Below are positions 25,227 through 37,744 of a stretch of DNA of 55,431 nt, one piece after another; the first letter of the stretch is position 1, and each line of letters opens with the position of its first letter. The stretch is from Spirochaetota bacterium (GTDB taxonomy: Bacteria > Spirochaetota > Spirochaetia > Treponematales > UBA12059). Made by a program: the position numbers and the translations under genes. The stretch covers positions 1 through 55,431 of the forward strand of contig QKAK01000162.1 in assembly GCA_003247225.1 (NCBI GenBank), given 5' to 3'. Under the pieces are notes generated by a model, which was not told the origin of the DNA, searched no databases, and saw nothing but the letters and a program-made list of their open reading frames with translations.

Positions 25227-26132
25227 ATGACCAAGCCTAAGATAGTGACGGCGCCGGCTAAGATCAACCTCCATCTAGCGGTGGGAACGCCGAGGAGCGA
25301 CGGCTTCCACTCCATCGGCAGCATCTTCCAGGCCGTCTCCGTCTACGACCGCGTCAGCCTCGAGGCGATCGACGGAGGGGAGACGACCCTCGAGTGCGAT
25401 TGCGACTGCCCGGTCGAGAAGAATACCGCGTGGCGCGCCGCGACCGCGTTCCTCAGGGCGGCGGCGGGACGGGGCGTCCCCGAGGCCCTGGCTATCGCCG
25501 TCGAGAAGGGCATCCCCGCCGGGGCCGGGCTCGGCGGCGGCTCGAGCGACGCCGCGGCGACGCTGACGGGGCTCGACCGTATGTTCCCGGGCGCCGTAAG
25601 CCGGCTCGAGCTGCGCCGTATCGCCGAGGCCATCGGCTCCGACGTCCCGTTCTTCATGGACAGCGCCTGCGCCGCGGTATCGGGCAGGGGCGAACGGCTG
25701 GCGCCGATAGCGCCGAGGGTAGATTACGCCCTGGTGATCGTCGATCCGGGCTTTCCGATCTCGACGAAGGCCGCGTACGATTGCCTCGACCGCGCCAGGG
25801 CGGCGGGCAGGGTAGCGGCGGCCGCCGGCGACGAGGCCCTGGATACGGAGCTCGCGGCGATGGTCGACGCGTACGAACGCGCCCAGCCATCGGATTGGCC
25901 GTTCAGGAACGATTTTTTCGACGCGCTAGCGGACGAGTATCCGGCCCTCGAGGCCTGTAGGGCCGATATACTGGCCAGCGGCGCCGTTTTCGCCTCGATG
26001 AGCGGCTCTGGAAGCGCCGTCTACGGCGTTTTCGCGTCAGCGGACCATGCCGAACGGGCTAGGGCGGCCTTATCGGGTCGCTATCGGGTATACGCGGCCT
26101 TTCCGCTTGCGCGGCTTCACCAGTCGATATAG
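25227..26132 (+). CDS. ispE: 4-(cytidine 5'-diphospho)-2-C-methyl-D-erythritol kinase
   Basis: APAKINLHL, KGIPAGAGLGGGSSDAA, GSDVPFF and MSGSGS. Preceded by TTGGCG-N18-TATAGT-N6-ATG. Confidence 0.95.
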   Translation: MTKPKIVTAPAKINLHLAVGTPRSDGFHSIGSIFQAVSVYDRVSLEAIDGGETTLECDCDCPVEKNTAWRAATAFLRAAAGRGVPEALAIAVEKGIPAGAGLGGGSSDAAATLTGLDRMFPGAVSRLELRRIAEAIGSDVPFFMDSACAAVSGRGERLAPIAPRVDYALVIVDPGFPISTKAAYDCLDRARAAGRVAAAAGDEALDTELAAMVDAYERAQPSDWPFRNDFFDALADEYPALEACRADILASGAVFASMSGSGSAVYGVFASADHAERARAALSGRYRVYAAFPLARLHQSI

Positions 26133-26175
26133 AATTACGGGGAAGTAGCGCATAACGGTAAGGAGAGAGCGCCGC

Positions 26176-26454
26176 ATGGACATCACCGATATCCGCATCC
26201 GTAGGGTCTCCGGCGAAGGAAAGCTCAGGGCGTACGTTACGGTTACCTTCGACAACTGCTTCGTCATCCATAACGTCAAGCTCATAGACGGCCGCGCGGG
26301 TATATTCATGGCGATGCCGAGCCGTAAGACCAAGAGCGGCGAATTCAAGGACGTCGCGCATCCCATATGCCCGAGTTTCAGGACCATAATGGAGGAGAAG
26401 ATCCTTTCGATGTATACGTCCGGAGCCGGCGTCGAGGATGACGGACAGGACTGA
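26176..26454 (+). CDS. spoVG: SpoVG family nucleic-acid-binding protein
   Basis: MDITDIRIR...KLRAYVTVTFDNCFVIH...FMAMPSRK...FKDVAHPI. Confidence 0.96.
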   Translation: MDITDIRIRRVSGEGKLRAYVTVTFDNCFVIHNVKLIDGRAGIFMAMPSRKTKSGEFKDVAHPICPSFRTIMEEKILSMYTSGAGVEDDGQD

Positions 26455-26545
26455 CGAAGGTCGGAGCCGCGCCACCCCCGTGACACGATAACGCCTTTTA
26501 GGGTATAACTACTGGCCGTACGTCCCTTTCGTAGCGGCGTACTAC

Positions 26546-26617
26546 TGGGACGTCGACAAGAGGTAAGTCAGCGGGCTTTGGTTCCGCCATTCGCAGGTTC
26601 GAATCCTGCCGTCCCAA
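26546..26617 (+). tRNA. tRNA-Gln (anticodon TTG); CCA not encoded
   Basis: TGGGACG/CGTCCCA acceptor stem, GCGGG-CT-TTG-GT-TCCGC anticodon arm and GGTTCGAATCC T-arm. Confidence 0.96.
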
Positions 26618-26653
26618 CGCGACACATTACGATCAGTACGAGGAGAGACATCC

Positions 26654-27298
26654 ATGACCCAGCATGTCATTAACGCCGGAGCCCGCGAGGTCGGCACCAA
26701 GGGCGCCCTGAACGAGCTCCGACGAAACGGCGGTATCCCCGCGATCATCTATAACCGCCACGGCAAGACCAAGGCCCTTTCGCTGAACGCGAAGGAATTC
26801 CAGAAGTCGCTGGAAGGCGTATCCGAGAGCACGATCGTCAAGCTGAACGTCGGTTCCGAGTCGTTCGATTGCCTCGTCAAGGATCGCCAGATCGATTGGC
26901 TCCACGGTAAGATCCTGCACGTCGATTTCTTCGAGGTGGAGAAGGGCGTCGCTATGCGCGCCAAGGTGCCCGTGCACCTCGTCGGCACCCCTATCGGCGT
27001 CCGCAACGGCGGCGTCCTCGAGAACCCGGTCCACGAGATCGAGGTCGAGTGCCTGCCCAAGGATATGCCCGAGAAGTTCGAGCTCGATATCGCCGGCCTC
27101 GAGGCTAACCACTCGATCCACGTCCGCGATATCGTCCACGCCGACTCGGTCAAGCTGCTGAGCGCCGCCGACCAGGTCGTGGTGCTCGTCAAGTTCGCCA
27201 AGGCCGAGGCCGAGTCCGCCGCGGCCGCCGAGGCCGCTCCGGCCGCCGAGGCCGCCGCTCCGGCCGCCGCCGCTCCCGCGGCTCCCGCCGCGAAGTAA
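26654..27298 (+). CDS. rplY: 50S ribosomal protein L25/Ctc
   Basis: LRR.G.IPAIIY, ILHVDF, G.PIGVRNGG TL5/CTC domain; Ala/Pro-rich tail. Confidence 0.95.
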   Translation: MTQHVINAGAREVGTKGALNELRRNGGIPAIIYNRHGKTKALSLNAKEFQKSLEGVSESTIVKLNVGSESFDCLVKDRQIDWLHGKILHVDFFEVEKGVAMRAKVPVHLVGTPIGVRNGGVLENPVHEIEVECLPKDMPEKFELDIAGLEANHSIHVRDIVHADSVKLLSAADQVVVLVKFAKAEAESAAAAEAAPAAEAAAPAAAAPAAPAAK

Positions 27299-27319
27299 TA
27301 GGACCCGAACGCCTATCGC

Positions 27320-27352
27320 GGGGCCGTCGGTATCGGCGGCCCCTTTCATTTT
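27320..27352 (+). terminator. Intrinsic terminator after rplY
   Basis: GGGGCCGTCG-GTAT-CGGCGGCCCC followed by TTTCATTTT. Confidence 0.8.
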
Positions 27353-27384
27353 ATGAACGCAGCGACTCACGGAGGCAGTGCGTC

Positions 27385-28819
27385 ATGAACCGCGTCGGAC
27401 AGCAGGAATCGCGCGCGTCGACCGTGCAGGCGGCCGTGCGCGCGTTCCTCGCCCGCGAGCCGAAACGCCTCGGAGCCGTCCTCGTCGCGCTGTCGGGCGG
27501 GCCGGATTCCGTGGCGCTGCTCCATGCGACGGCTATCGTGGCCGGGGCCTCGGGCGTCTCCGTCACGGCCTGCTGGGTCGATCACGCGATACGACCCGAG
27601 GCCGAGCTGGCGGCGGAGCGCGCGTTCGTCGAGGGCCTTTGCGACGGGCTCGGCGCGCCGCTGATCGTCGAGCGCGTCCCGCGCGGCGCCGTCGAGGCGG
27701 CCGCGAAGGCGGAGGGCGGGATAGAGGCGGCCGCGAGGCGCTTCAGGTACGAGGCCCTCGAGCGCGCGAGGCTCGCCTCGTCGAGCGACGTCGTCCTGAC
27801 CGGCCATAACGCCGACGATCGCGTCGAGACGCTGCTGATGCGCTTCTGCTCCGGTTCCGGCGCCGCCGGCCTACGCGGCATCCCCGCCGAATCCGGCAGC
27901 ATAGCGCGCCCCCTCCTCGGCCTGGCCAAGGCCGATATACTCGCGTACCTCGACGCCGCGGGGCTGGATTACCGCGTCGATTCGACCAACGACTCCGACG
28001 ACTATCTCCGCAACCGGGTCAGGCACCGCCTCGTCCCGGTAGCGATGGACGTATTCCCGTCGCTGCGCGCGTCGCTCGCTACGGCGGCCGAGAAGGCGAG
28101 CCTCGACGAGGAGGCCCTCTCCGCTCTGGCCGACGCCTTGTTCGGCCTCGACGGCGACGGCGGACGGGCCGGCTGGCTCGACGCGGCCCGCTACGACGCC
28201 GCGCCGGAAGCCGTCAGGATCCGGGCCTTGTACGCGCTGGCCATGCCGCTGTTCGATGGCGCCGGCGCGACCAGGCTGCCGTGGCGGCTCGTCCGCGCGG
28301 CGGCGGCGTCCGGAAAGGACGACGGCGTGCTCGCCTCCGGCGCCGGCGTCCTATTCTCGCGGAGCGGCGGAAGGATCGAGGCCCGGCCCGCCCTCGGGTC
28401 GCACCGGTCGCGGCCGGTCGGACCCGCCCTGCTTGAAAACTCCGGCTTCAGCCTGATCGCCCCCGGTCCGGGATCGTTTCGAATAGGCAAAGCCGGCGAG
28501 TGTACGATATACTCGACCGGTCGCGCGCCGGGATTGCGCGCCGACGCCTTCGCGTGGCCTATCTGCGTCCGCTCAAGGCGGCCGGGCGACCGCCTGGCCG
28601 CGCGCGGAGGCGCCAAGAGGGTCGACGCGATCCTATCCGAGCTCGGCCTGGGCGGCGCCGCGCGCGACGCGGTGCCGGTCGTCGAGGACGCGTCGGGCAT
28701 CGTCGCCGTCCTCGCGTCGAGCGCCGGCCTGCGCGACGTCTACAGGCTGAACGACGCGCTGGCCGGAGACCCGGTCGGCGGCTACCTGGTACTGGAACTG
28801 AAAGGAGCCATGAACATCG

Positions 28820-28836
<17 letters not shown>
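27385..28836 (+). CDS. tilS: tRNA(Ile)-lysidine synthetase
   Basis: PP-loop ALSGGPDS, E..AR..RY, GHNADD..ET, RPLL, DSTN...Y.RN.VR; C-terminal R.RRPGD. Confidence 0.93.
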
Positions 28837-30688
<1,852 letters not shown>

Positions 30689-32673
30689 GCCGGGCCGCGG
30701 CGTGGCGGCGCTCGCGCTCGCCGCGTCGCTAGCTATCCTCCTTCCGCCGCCGGCCGTAGCCGACTCGACCGCCAGGGACGAGGCGATCTGCGCCTCGCTG
30801 ACCCGGGGCGCGGTCGCGGCCCTGGCGCTCGGCCGATCCGACCAGGCCCTGGCCATGCTCGACGAGGCCCTGAGCTACAGGCCGGCGGACCCGGACGCCT
30901 GCTACCTGTCGGCGCTCGCGCGCCTGTCGCGCGGCGACGGGGTAGGCCCGGCGGCCCGCCTGCTCGAGACCGCGCTGTCGGCCGGAGGCTTCAGGCTGTA
31001 CGGCGAGGCCGACGCGAGGCTCCTGTACGCGGGCGCGCTCGAGCGGACCGGGCGTCCGGCCGAGGCGCTGCGCTTCCTGGCCGGGCTGCCTCCGAGCGCC
31101 GAATCGCTGTTCATAGGGGCCAAGGCCGCCCTGGCCGTCGGCGACGAGGCCGGCGCCCGCGCGGCCGTGCTGTCGTCGCTGCGAAGGTATCCCGCCGACC
31201 CGCGTCCCCTCCTTTTCTGGCTGCGCTACGAGGAGCGGCCGTCCCTGGACGCCGAGGACGCCGCGGTCGTCGCCGCCGGCTTCGCGGCCCTAGAGCGGCT
31301 CAAGGCGGTCGACCCCTCGACCCTCGTCGCGCTGGCCCCGTACGCGTCGTCCGCGGACCAGGCTAGGCTGATGCTCAGGGAATACCGCGCCGCCGGGCGC
31401 CGCGACGCCGAATCGACGGCGCTCGCCCTGCGCTACGGGCTGATAGACGAACGGAGGGCGGCCTCGGAGCTGCTGTCCGGCGCCTTCGCTCCGACGCTAT
31501 CGTCCCTCGAGGCCGTCTATTCCCTGCTGCCGAGCGACGAGGCCAGGGCCGCGTTCGGGCTCGCGTTCGCCGGGTACGCCGGCGCCGCGTACCGCGACGA
31601 CGACCGCGACGGCTATCCCGAATCGGTCACCGAGTATAGGGCTGGGCTGCCTTCGTCGTGGATACTCGACGGCGACCAGGACGGCGAGCCCGAGCTGGCC
31701 GCTTCCTTCGACTCCGGCGCCCCGGCCAGGCTGTCCGCGCGCTCCGGATCGACGACCGTCGTCGTCGAGTACGCGCCGTGGCCCTACGCGGCGAGCGTCT
31801 CGTACGCCGACGCCGCGGGCTCGAGGGCCTATTCGTTCGGCCCCTCGACGATGCCCTTGCCGCTGCTGTCGCTGCGGCGCCTCGGCGGGCTTCCCGGCGC
31901 GCCGTACGCCGTATCGCGAAGCGGCTACGCGTTGCCGACCGAGACCGCCGCCAAGCGGGCGGCGTACGCGATGATCGATTCAGGCGCGGACGGTTCGTCC
32001 GTCACGCTGGAACTGAGCGACGGCCGGGCCGTCCGCTCGTGGTGGGTCGACGAGTGGCGGCGCGTCGGCATGACCGTCTATCGGAACGGCGTGCCCGACG
32101 ACGAGAGGATCGACGCCGACGCCGACGGGCGCTTCGAGACGCGCCGTGCCTGGGCCCGCGGCCCCGACGGCGTACCGGCGCCGGCCTACGCCGAGGCGGA
32201 CCTGGACGGCGACGGGCTCTACGAGTACCGCGAGACGCTCTCCGGCCCGTCCGTCAAGTCGTGGGACTACGACGGCGACGGCGCCATCGACCTGAGCCTC
32301 GAGAGCCTGCCGGACGGCCGCGCCCTGTATCGCGTATTCGCCCGCGACGGCGGCCTGATCGAGGCGACGCTCGAAGGCGGGCGGCTGTCGAGCGTGGTCG
32401 AGCGCGGCTCGCCGGTGCCCATAGTCGACGACTCGGGCGGGCTGGTGCGCTGGATAGGCGCCAAGCCGTTCGATTTCGGCGGCCGGGCCCCTCCCGTCGG
32501 GCGCGGCTCGCGGAACGGCGTCATGTACGCCGTGCACGATATCGGGGGCCTGCTGTACGCTCAGGTGCTGCGGGAATAAGCCGATTTCCTCGCCGATTCC
32601 GGCTTGCGGACCGGGCGCGCAGCCAATACACTGATAACGACGAACGCCAGTACTACTCGCGTGGAGGACGCCG

Positions 32674-33522
32674 TTGCCAATGCTCGGTGAGAGTCAAGCC
32701 GCCGCAGGTATCTCCGACAGGCAGTTCAAGCGCCTGTCCGCCTTCATAGAGAGGGAGCTCGGCATCAAGATGCCCGATACGAAGCGGGTGATGCTCGAGA
32801 GCCGCCTCCAGAAGCGGCTGCGGGCGGTGCGGATAGATAGCTACGACGAGTACATCGACCGCGTCTTCTCCGGGGACGACGCCGAGCTGATCCACATGAT
32901 CGACGTCGTCACCACCAACAAGACCGACTTCTTCAGGGAGCCCGACCATTTCGATATCCTGACCAAGCGCCTCCTGCCCAAGGCGCTGGAACGCTCGGCC
33001 GAACGCTGTACCATGTCGTTCTGGTCGGCGGGCTGCGCCACCGGCGAGGAGCCCTATACCCTCGCTATGGTGCTCGAGGAGTTCGCCGCCGCCCATAGGG
33101 GCTTCGACTATCGCATCATCGCCTCGGACATATCGACGAGGGCCCTCGACGCGGCCATGAACGCCGTCTACGACGCCGACCGGGTCGTGCCGGTGCCGCC
33201 GTCGTACAAGAAGAAATACCTGCTCAGGAGCCGCGACCCGGCTAAGAACGAGGTGCGCATCAAGCGCGAGCTGCGCGACAAGGTCAGCTTCCTGCGCATC
33301 AACTTCATGGACGACGGCTTCCCGTTCGACGGGCAGTTCGACGTGATCTTCTGCAGGAACGTGATCATCTACTTCGACCGGGCGACGCAGGAGCGGATAC
33401 TCGGGCGCATGTGCCGTTACCTGCGTACAGGCGGCAACCTGATCCTCGGCCACTCCGAGACGCTGACGAGCATGGACCTTCCGCTGCGCGGACTTGCGCC
33501 TACCGTCTACGAGCGCATATAG
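32674..33522 (+). CDS. cheR: Chemotaxis methyltransferase CheR
   Basis: TTNKTDFFRE, WSAGCATGEEPYTLAM, FDVIFCRNVIIYF and GHSETL. Upstream TTGCGG-N17-TACACT and GGAGGA. Confidence 0.96.
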   Translation: MPMLGESQAAAGISDRQFKRLSAFIERELGIKMPDTKRVMLESRLQKRLRAVRIDSYDEYIDRVFSGDDAELIHMIDVVTTNKTDFFREPDHFDILTKRLLPKALERSAERCTMSFWSAGCATGEEPYTLAMVLEEFAAAHRGFDYRIIASDISTRALDAAMNAVYDADRVVPVPPSYKKKYLLRSRDPAKNEVRIKRELRDKVSFLRINFMDDGFPFDGQFDVIFCRNVIIYFDRATQERILGRMCRYLRTGGNLILGHSETLTSMDLPLRGLAPTVYERI

Positions 33523-33541
33523 TTGATCCGAGGGGAGCCAG

Positions 33542-34612
33542 ATGGAACGCATCAAGGTCATGGTCGTGGACGACTCTGCCGTAGTCAGGCAAACGCTCAA
33601 GGAGCTCCTGGATTCGGATCCGGGCATAGAGGTGCTTTCCGTCGCCTCGGACCCGATATTCGCGCTCAAGAGGCTCGAGACGGAGCGCCCGGACGTCATC
33701 GTGTCGGACGTCGAGATGCCGAGGATGGACGGCCTGTCCTTCCTGCGCAAGATCATGGAGACCAGCCAGATACCGGTGGTCATCTGCTCGAGCAAGACCG
33801 AGGCCGGCTCGGATAACGCCATCAAGGCGATGGAATACGGCGCGGTCGACATCATCCAGAAACCGAAGCTCGGCACGAAGCAGTTCCTCGAGGAATCCAA
33901 GGTCGAGATCTGCGACGTCGTCAAGGCGGCCTACGCGTCGAGGCACCGCAGGCGCGCGCCGGTCGCCCCGATACGCGACGTCGCGCCGAAGCTGACCGCC
34001 GACGTGATGCTGCCGGCGCCGGGCGCGGGGCATATCATCGAGACGACCGAGAAGGTCGTGGTGGTAGGCGCGTCGACCGGGGGCACCGAGGCGCTCAGGG
34101 AATTCCTCGAGGTGCTGCCGGAGGACACGCCCGGCGTCGTCATCGTCCAGCACATGCCGGAGCATTTCACCGCGGCCTTCGCCAGGCGCCTGGACGGGCT
34201 GTGCCGCGTCAGCGTCAAGGAAGCCGCCGATAACGACACGGTGATCCGAGGAAGGGTGTTGATCGCTCCGGGAAACAAGCATACACTACTCAAGCGCTCC
34301 GGCGCCCGCTACTACGTGGAGGTCAAGGAAGGGCCGTTGGTGTGCAGGCATAGGCCGAGCGTCGACGTGCTGTTCAGGTCGGCCGCGAGGTACGCGGGCA
34401 ATAACGCGGTAGGCGTCATCATGACCGGCATGGGCGACGACGGCTCGCGGGGCATGAAGGAGATGCACGACGCCAAGGCCTGGACGATAGCCCAGGACGA
34501 GCGGTCGTGCGTAGTCTTCGGCATGCCGAACGAGGCCATCAAGCTCGGCGGGGTCGACGTCGTGCTGCCCCTCGGAAAGATCGCTCCCGAGGTGCTGAGG
34601 GCGGCGAAGTAG
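33542..34612 (+). CDS. cheB: Chemotaxis methylesterase CheB (REC plus esterase)
   Basis: [29 protein letters not shown] and TGMGDDG. Confidence 0.97.
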   Translation: MERIKVMVVDDSAVVRQTLKELLDSDPGIEVLSVASDPIFALKRLETERPDVIVSDVEMPRMDGLSFLRKIMETSQIPVVICSSKTEAGSDNAIKAMEYGAVDIIQKPKLGTKQFLEESKVEICDVVKAAYASRHRRRAPVAPIRDVAPKLTADVMLPAPGAGHIIETTEKVVVVGASTGGTEALREFLEVLPEDTPGVVIVQHMPEHFTAAFARRLDGLCRVSVKEAADNDTVIRGRVLIAPGNKHTLLKRSGARYYVEVKEGPLVCRHRPSVDVLFRSAARYAGNNAVGVIMTGMGDDGSRGMKEMHDAKAWTIAQDERSCVVFGMPNEAIKLGGVDVVLPLGKIAPEVLRAAK

Positions 34613-34685
34613 CGGGCGTTCCGACCGCATCGCTAGAACATTACATGATGGGCCGGCGCCGAGCCGCGCGGCCCGTGGAGGGACC

Positions 34686-35054
34686 ATGGCTAAGAGCATC
34701 TTGATCATCGACGATTCGGCCGCCATACGGCAGAGCATCTCCTATATCCTGCAGCAGGAAGGCTACGCCACGGTGGAGGCGGGCGACGGCGTCGAGGGGC
34801 TCCAGCGGCTCGACGAGGGCGTCCGCTTCGATTGCATCATCACCGACGTCAATATGCCGAACATGGACGGCATCACCTTCATCCGCAAGGCCAGGGAGAA
34901 CCCTAAATTCAAGTTCGTGCCGATACTCGTGCTTACCACCGAGTCCCAGGGCGGTAAGATGAACGAGGGCAAGGAAGCCGGCGCCACCGGCTGGATAGTC
35001 AAGCCGTTCAGCGCCGATAAGCTGCTGGCCGTGGTCAAGAAGGTCGCCGAATAA
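34686..35054 (+). CDS. cheY: CheY-like response regulator
   Basis: IIDDS, ITDVNMPNMDG, LTTES and GATGWIVKPF. Confidence 0.9.
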   Translation: MAKSILIIDDSAAIRQSISYILQQEGYATVEAGDGVEGLQRLDEGVRFDCIITDVNMPNMDGITFIRKARENPKFKFVPILVLTTESQGGKMNEGKEAGATGWIVKPFSADKLLAVVKKVAE

Positions 35055-35108
35055 TATGGCCTCGCCTGCGCCGCGCCCGCCGCGCGCGGGTAGCGCCGCG
35101 AGGCGCGG

Positions 35109-37037
35109 ATGAGCGAGACCGGCGACCGCAAGGCGCGCATAGTCATCTGCGAGGACGAGCGCATCGTCGCCCTCGACATACGCGCCTTCCTCCAGCGCAA
35201 CGGCTACGAGGTGCCGTCCCTGTTCGCGTCGGCCGAGGACCTGCTCGACGCGGTAGAAGGCCTGGAGCCCGACCTCGTCCTGATGGATATCCACCTGCAG
35301 GGGGCGATGGACGGCATCGAGGCGGCGGCCATCCTCCTCGAGCGCTGGGCCGTCCCCGTCATCCTCCTGACCGCCTACGCGGACGGCCCGACGATAGAGC
35401 GGGCCAAGCTGACCCATCCGTACGCCTATATCCTCAAGCCGTACGATGAGCGCGAGCTGCGTACGGCGATCTCTATAGGGCTGTACCGGGCCTCGATGGA
35501 GAAGCGCCTCAGGATGAGCGAGGAGCGCTATCGCGGGCTGTTCGCCCAGGGCCTGGCCGCGGCGATGCTGGCGGAGCAGGGCGGCCGCATACTCGAGACG
35601 AATAACGCGTTCGCGGCGCTGTCGCCGAACGCGGAGCGGGTCCAGGACTTCATCGCCGATCAGGGCGACGCCGATCGCCTGCTCGCGGCCATGCGGTCCG
35701 GAGATCGCTACGGGCCGACGGAACTGCGCATCGCCCGCGCGGACGGCGCGGACGCCTGGGTCCTGCTCAGCGCCGCGCCCATCCGGCTGTCGGACGGCAC
35801 GGGGGCGTACCAGTTCCAGGCGGTAGACGTCACCGAGCGCAAGTCGCTGGCCGACCAGCTGCTCCACGCCCAGAAGCTGTCGGCGCTCGGGCGATTCGCC
35901 GGCGGCGTGGCCCACGACTTCAATAACGTGCTCACCGCGGTCATGGGCTATTCGAGGCTGCTCCGCACCGACCTCGAGGAGGCCGGTCATGCGCTCGACG
36001 AGCTCGACGGCATCGACCAGGCCGCTAAGCGCGCCGCGGCCCTCGCCAGGCAGCTGCTGCTGTTCTCGAGGCGAGAGGATATGAAGCCGGCCGTGTTCAG
36101 CCTATCCGGATTGGCCCGCGAGGACGAGCGCATGCTCAGGCGCATCATCGGCGAGGGCGCCACGCTCGTCATCCGGGCGCTCGCCGACGACGACCTGGTG
36201 CGCGCCGACCGCGCCCGAGTCGAGCAGGCGGTCGTCAACCTGGTCGCTAACGCCAGGGACGCCACCGATAGGGGCGGGCGCATCTACCTGTCGACGGGAA
36301 CCGTCAGGTACGAGGAACCGGTCATGGGCGCGTTCGAGCAGGTGCCGGCCGGCGACTGGTCGTATATCGAGGTCGTCGACGAGGGGCCGGGCATCCCGCC
36401 CGGGCTGCGGGAGAAGGTGTTCCAGCCGTTCTTCACGACGAAGCCGGCGGATCGGGGTACCGGGCTCGGCCTGTCCACCGTCGCCGGCATCGTCCGCCAG
36501 GCCGAAGGTCGGGTGGAGCTGGTATCCGAGCCGGGCGCCGGCACGACGATGCGCCTCCTGTTCCCGACGGTTAGGGATAGCCAGTCGGGCGACGGCTCCG
36601 CCGACCACGACCGAGCCTACGCGCGCTCGAGGCGCGGATCGCGCCCCGCGGGGGCGTACCGGCCGAAGATCCTCCTCGTCGAGCACGACGACTCGGTCAG
36701 GGCCTTGCTCGAGGCGATGCTGGAACGGGCGGGCTACGCGGTGCATTCCGCCACCCATCCCGGCGAGGCACTGCTCCTCGCCGAGAATCAGACCGCCGGG
36801 CCGGACCTGCTCGTCGCCGACGACGAGATGCCGCTGATGAGCGGGCCGGAGCTGGCGGGCCGGCTGCGCGCCGGGGGCAGGGCCATGCCGGCCCTGTACC
36901 TCAGGGCCGCCGACGGGAGCCGCGAGGATAGTGCGGCCGCCGGCCCGGCCGCGGGCTTCGAGGCGTTCCTCGACAAGCCGTTCGACGAGGACGAGCTCAT
37001 GGACGCCGTCGAGGCCCTGCTGACCACCGCCTCCTAG
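35109..37037 (+). CDS. Hybrid sensor kinase, REC-PAS-HisKA-HATPase-REC
   Basis: N-terminal REC (CEDE, MDI, KPY), PAS (EERYRGLF...DVTERK), AHDFNN, NARDA, FFTTK...GTGLGL; C-terminal REC. Confidence 0.92.
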   Translation: MSETGDRKARIVICEDERIVALDIRAFLQRNGYEVPSLFASAEDLLDAVEGLEPDLVLMDIHLQGAMDGIEAAAILLERWAVPVILLTAYADGPTIERAKLTHPYAYILKPYDERELRTAISIGLYRASMEKRLRMSEERYRGLFAQGLAAAMLAEQGGRILETNNAFAALSPNAERVQDFIADQGDADRLLAAMRSGDRYGPTELRIARADGADAWVLLSAAPIRLSDGTGAYQFQAVDVTERKSLADQLLHAQKLSALGRFAGGVAHDFNNVLTAVMGYSRLLRTDLEEAGHALDELDGIDQAAKRAAALARQLLLFSRREDMKPAVFSLSGLAREDERMLRRIIGEGATLVIRALADDDLVRADRARVEQAVVNLVANARDATDRGGRIYLSTGTVRYEEPVMGAFEQVPAGDWSYIEVVDEGPGIPPGLREKVFQPFFTTKPADRGTGLGLSTVAGIVRQAEGRVELVSEPGAGTTMRLLFPTVRDSQSGDGSADHDRAYARSRRGSRPAGAYRPKILLVEHDDSVRALLEAMLERAGYAVHSATHPGEALLLAENQTAGPDLLVADDEMPLMSGPELAGRLRAGGRAMPALYLRAADGSREDSAAAGPAAGFEAFLDKPFDEDELMDAVEALLTTAS

Positions 37038-37744
37038 GACAGTATCGATTCGTACAGGCGCGCCTCGAAGGAGGCCGCGGCGCGGCTCGTGAAGCCGCGA
37101 TCCGCCTTGTCCAGCGTCAGGTCGAAGACGTCCCGGGCCTTGGCCGGCTTGTCTGACAGCGTGGCTACCCTCGAGCCCAGGTAGATCGCCTCGCGGACGT
37201 CGTGGGTCACGACGACGGCGCTCCGGCCGTCGCGCTCGCGCAGGTCGAGGAACAGGTCCATCACCGAGATGCGCGTCCGCAGGTCGAGCGACGAGAACGG
37301 TTCGTCGAGCAGCAGCACCTCCGACGGGTAGGCGAAGGCCCTGGCGAGCGCCACCCGTCGGCGCATGCCGCCGGACATCGCGCCGGGCTTGGAGCCCCTC
37401 GAGCCTTGGAGCCCTACCGACTCCAGCGCCTCCTCGGCGGCCGCCACGGCCCGCTCCCTGTCCATGAAGCGCCTGAGCACCAGCGCGACGTTATCCATGG
37501 CGCTCATCCAGGGCATCAGGCGGTCTTCCTGGAACACGTAGCTGGCCTTCCCGGGCCCGAATCCCCGTACTTCGCCGGAATAATCGGCGTCGAGCCCGGC
37601 GAGTATGTTGAGGAGGCTCGTCTTGCCGCAGCCGGACGGCCCGAGCACGACCGTGACCCGGCCGGCCGGGAACTCCAGGTCTAGTCCCCCGAGCACCCGC
37701 AGCTCGCCGAACGACTTCGCGAGGCCCCTTACTTCGTAGCCCAC
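37034..37744 (-). CDS. NitT/TauT-type ABC transporter ATP-binding protein
   Basis: GPSGCGKT, FQE.RL.PW, MSGGM, LLDEPF and VTHD. Confidence 0.93.
   Translation of the reverse strand: MGYEVRGLAKSFGELRVLGGLDLEFPAGRVTVVLGPSGCGKTSLLNILAGLDADYSGEVRGFGPGKASYVFQEDRLMPWMSAMDNVALVLRRFMDRERAVAAAEEALESVGLQGSRGSKPGAMSGGMRRRVALARAFAYPSEVLLLDEPFSSLDLRTRISVMDLFLDLRERDGRSAVVVTHDVREAIYLGSRVATLSDKPAKARDVFDLTLDKADRGFTSRAAASFEARLYESILS

Noticed and set aside
27200-27295. GC-rich GCCGCC repeats at the end of rplY
   Set aside because: Ordinary Ala/Pro/Glu low-complexity tail of L25/Ctc proteins.
32560-32600. GCCGAT motifs upstream of cheR as a sigma-28 promoter
   Set aside because: No well-spaced TAAA element; a sigma-70-like TTGCGG-N17-TACACT fits better.
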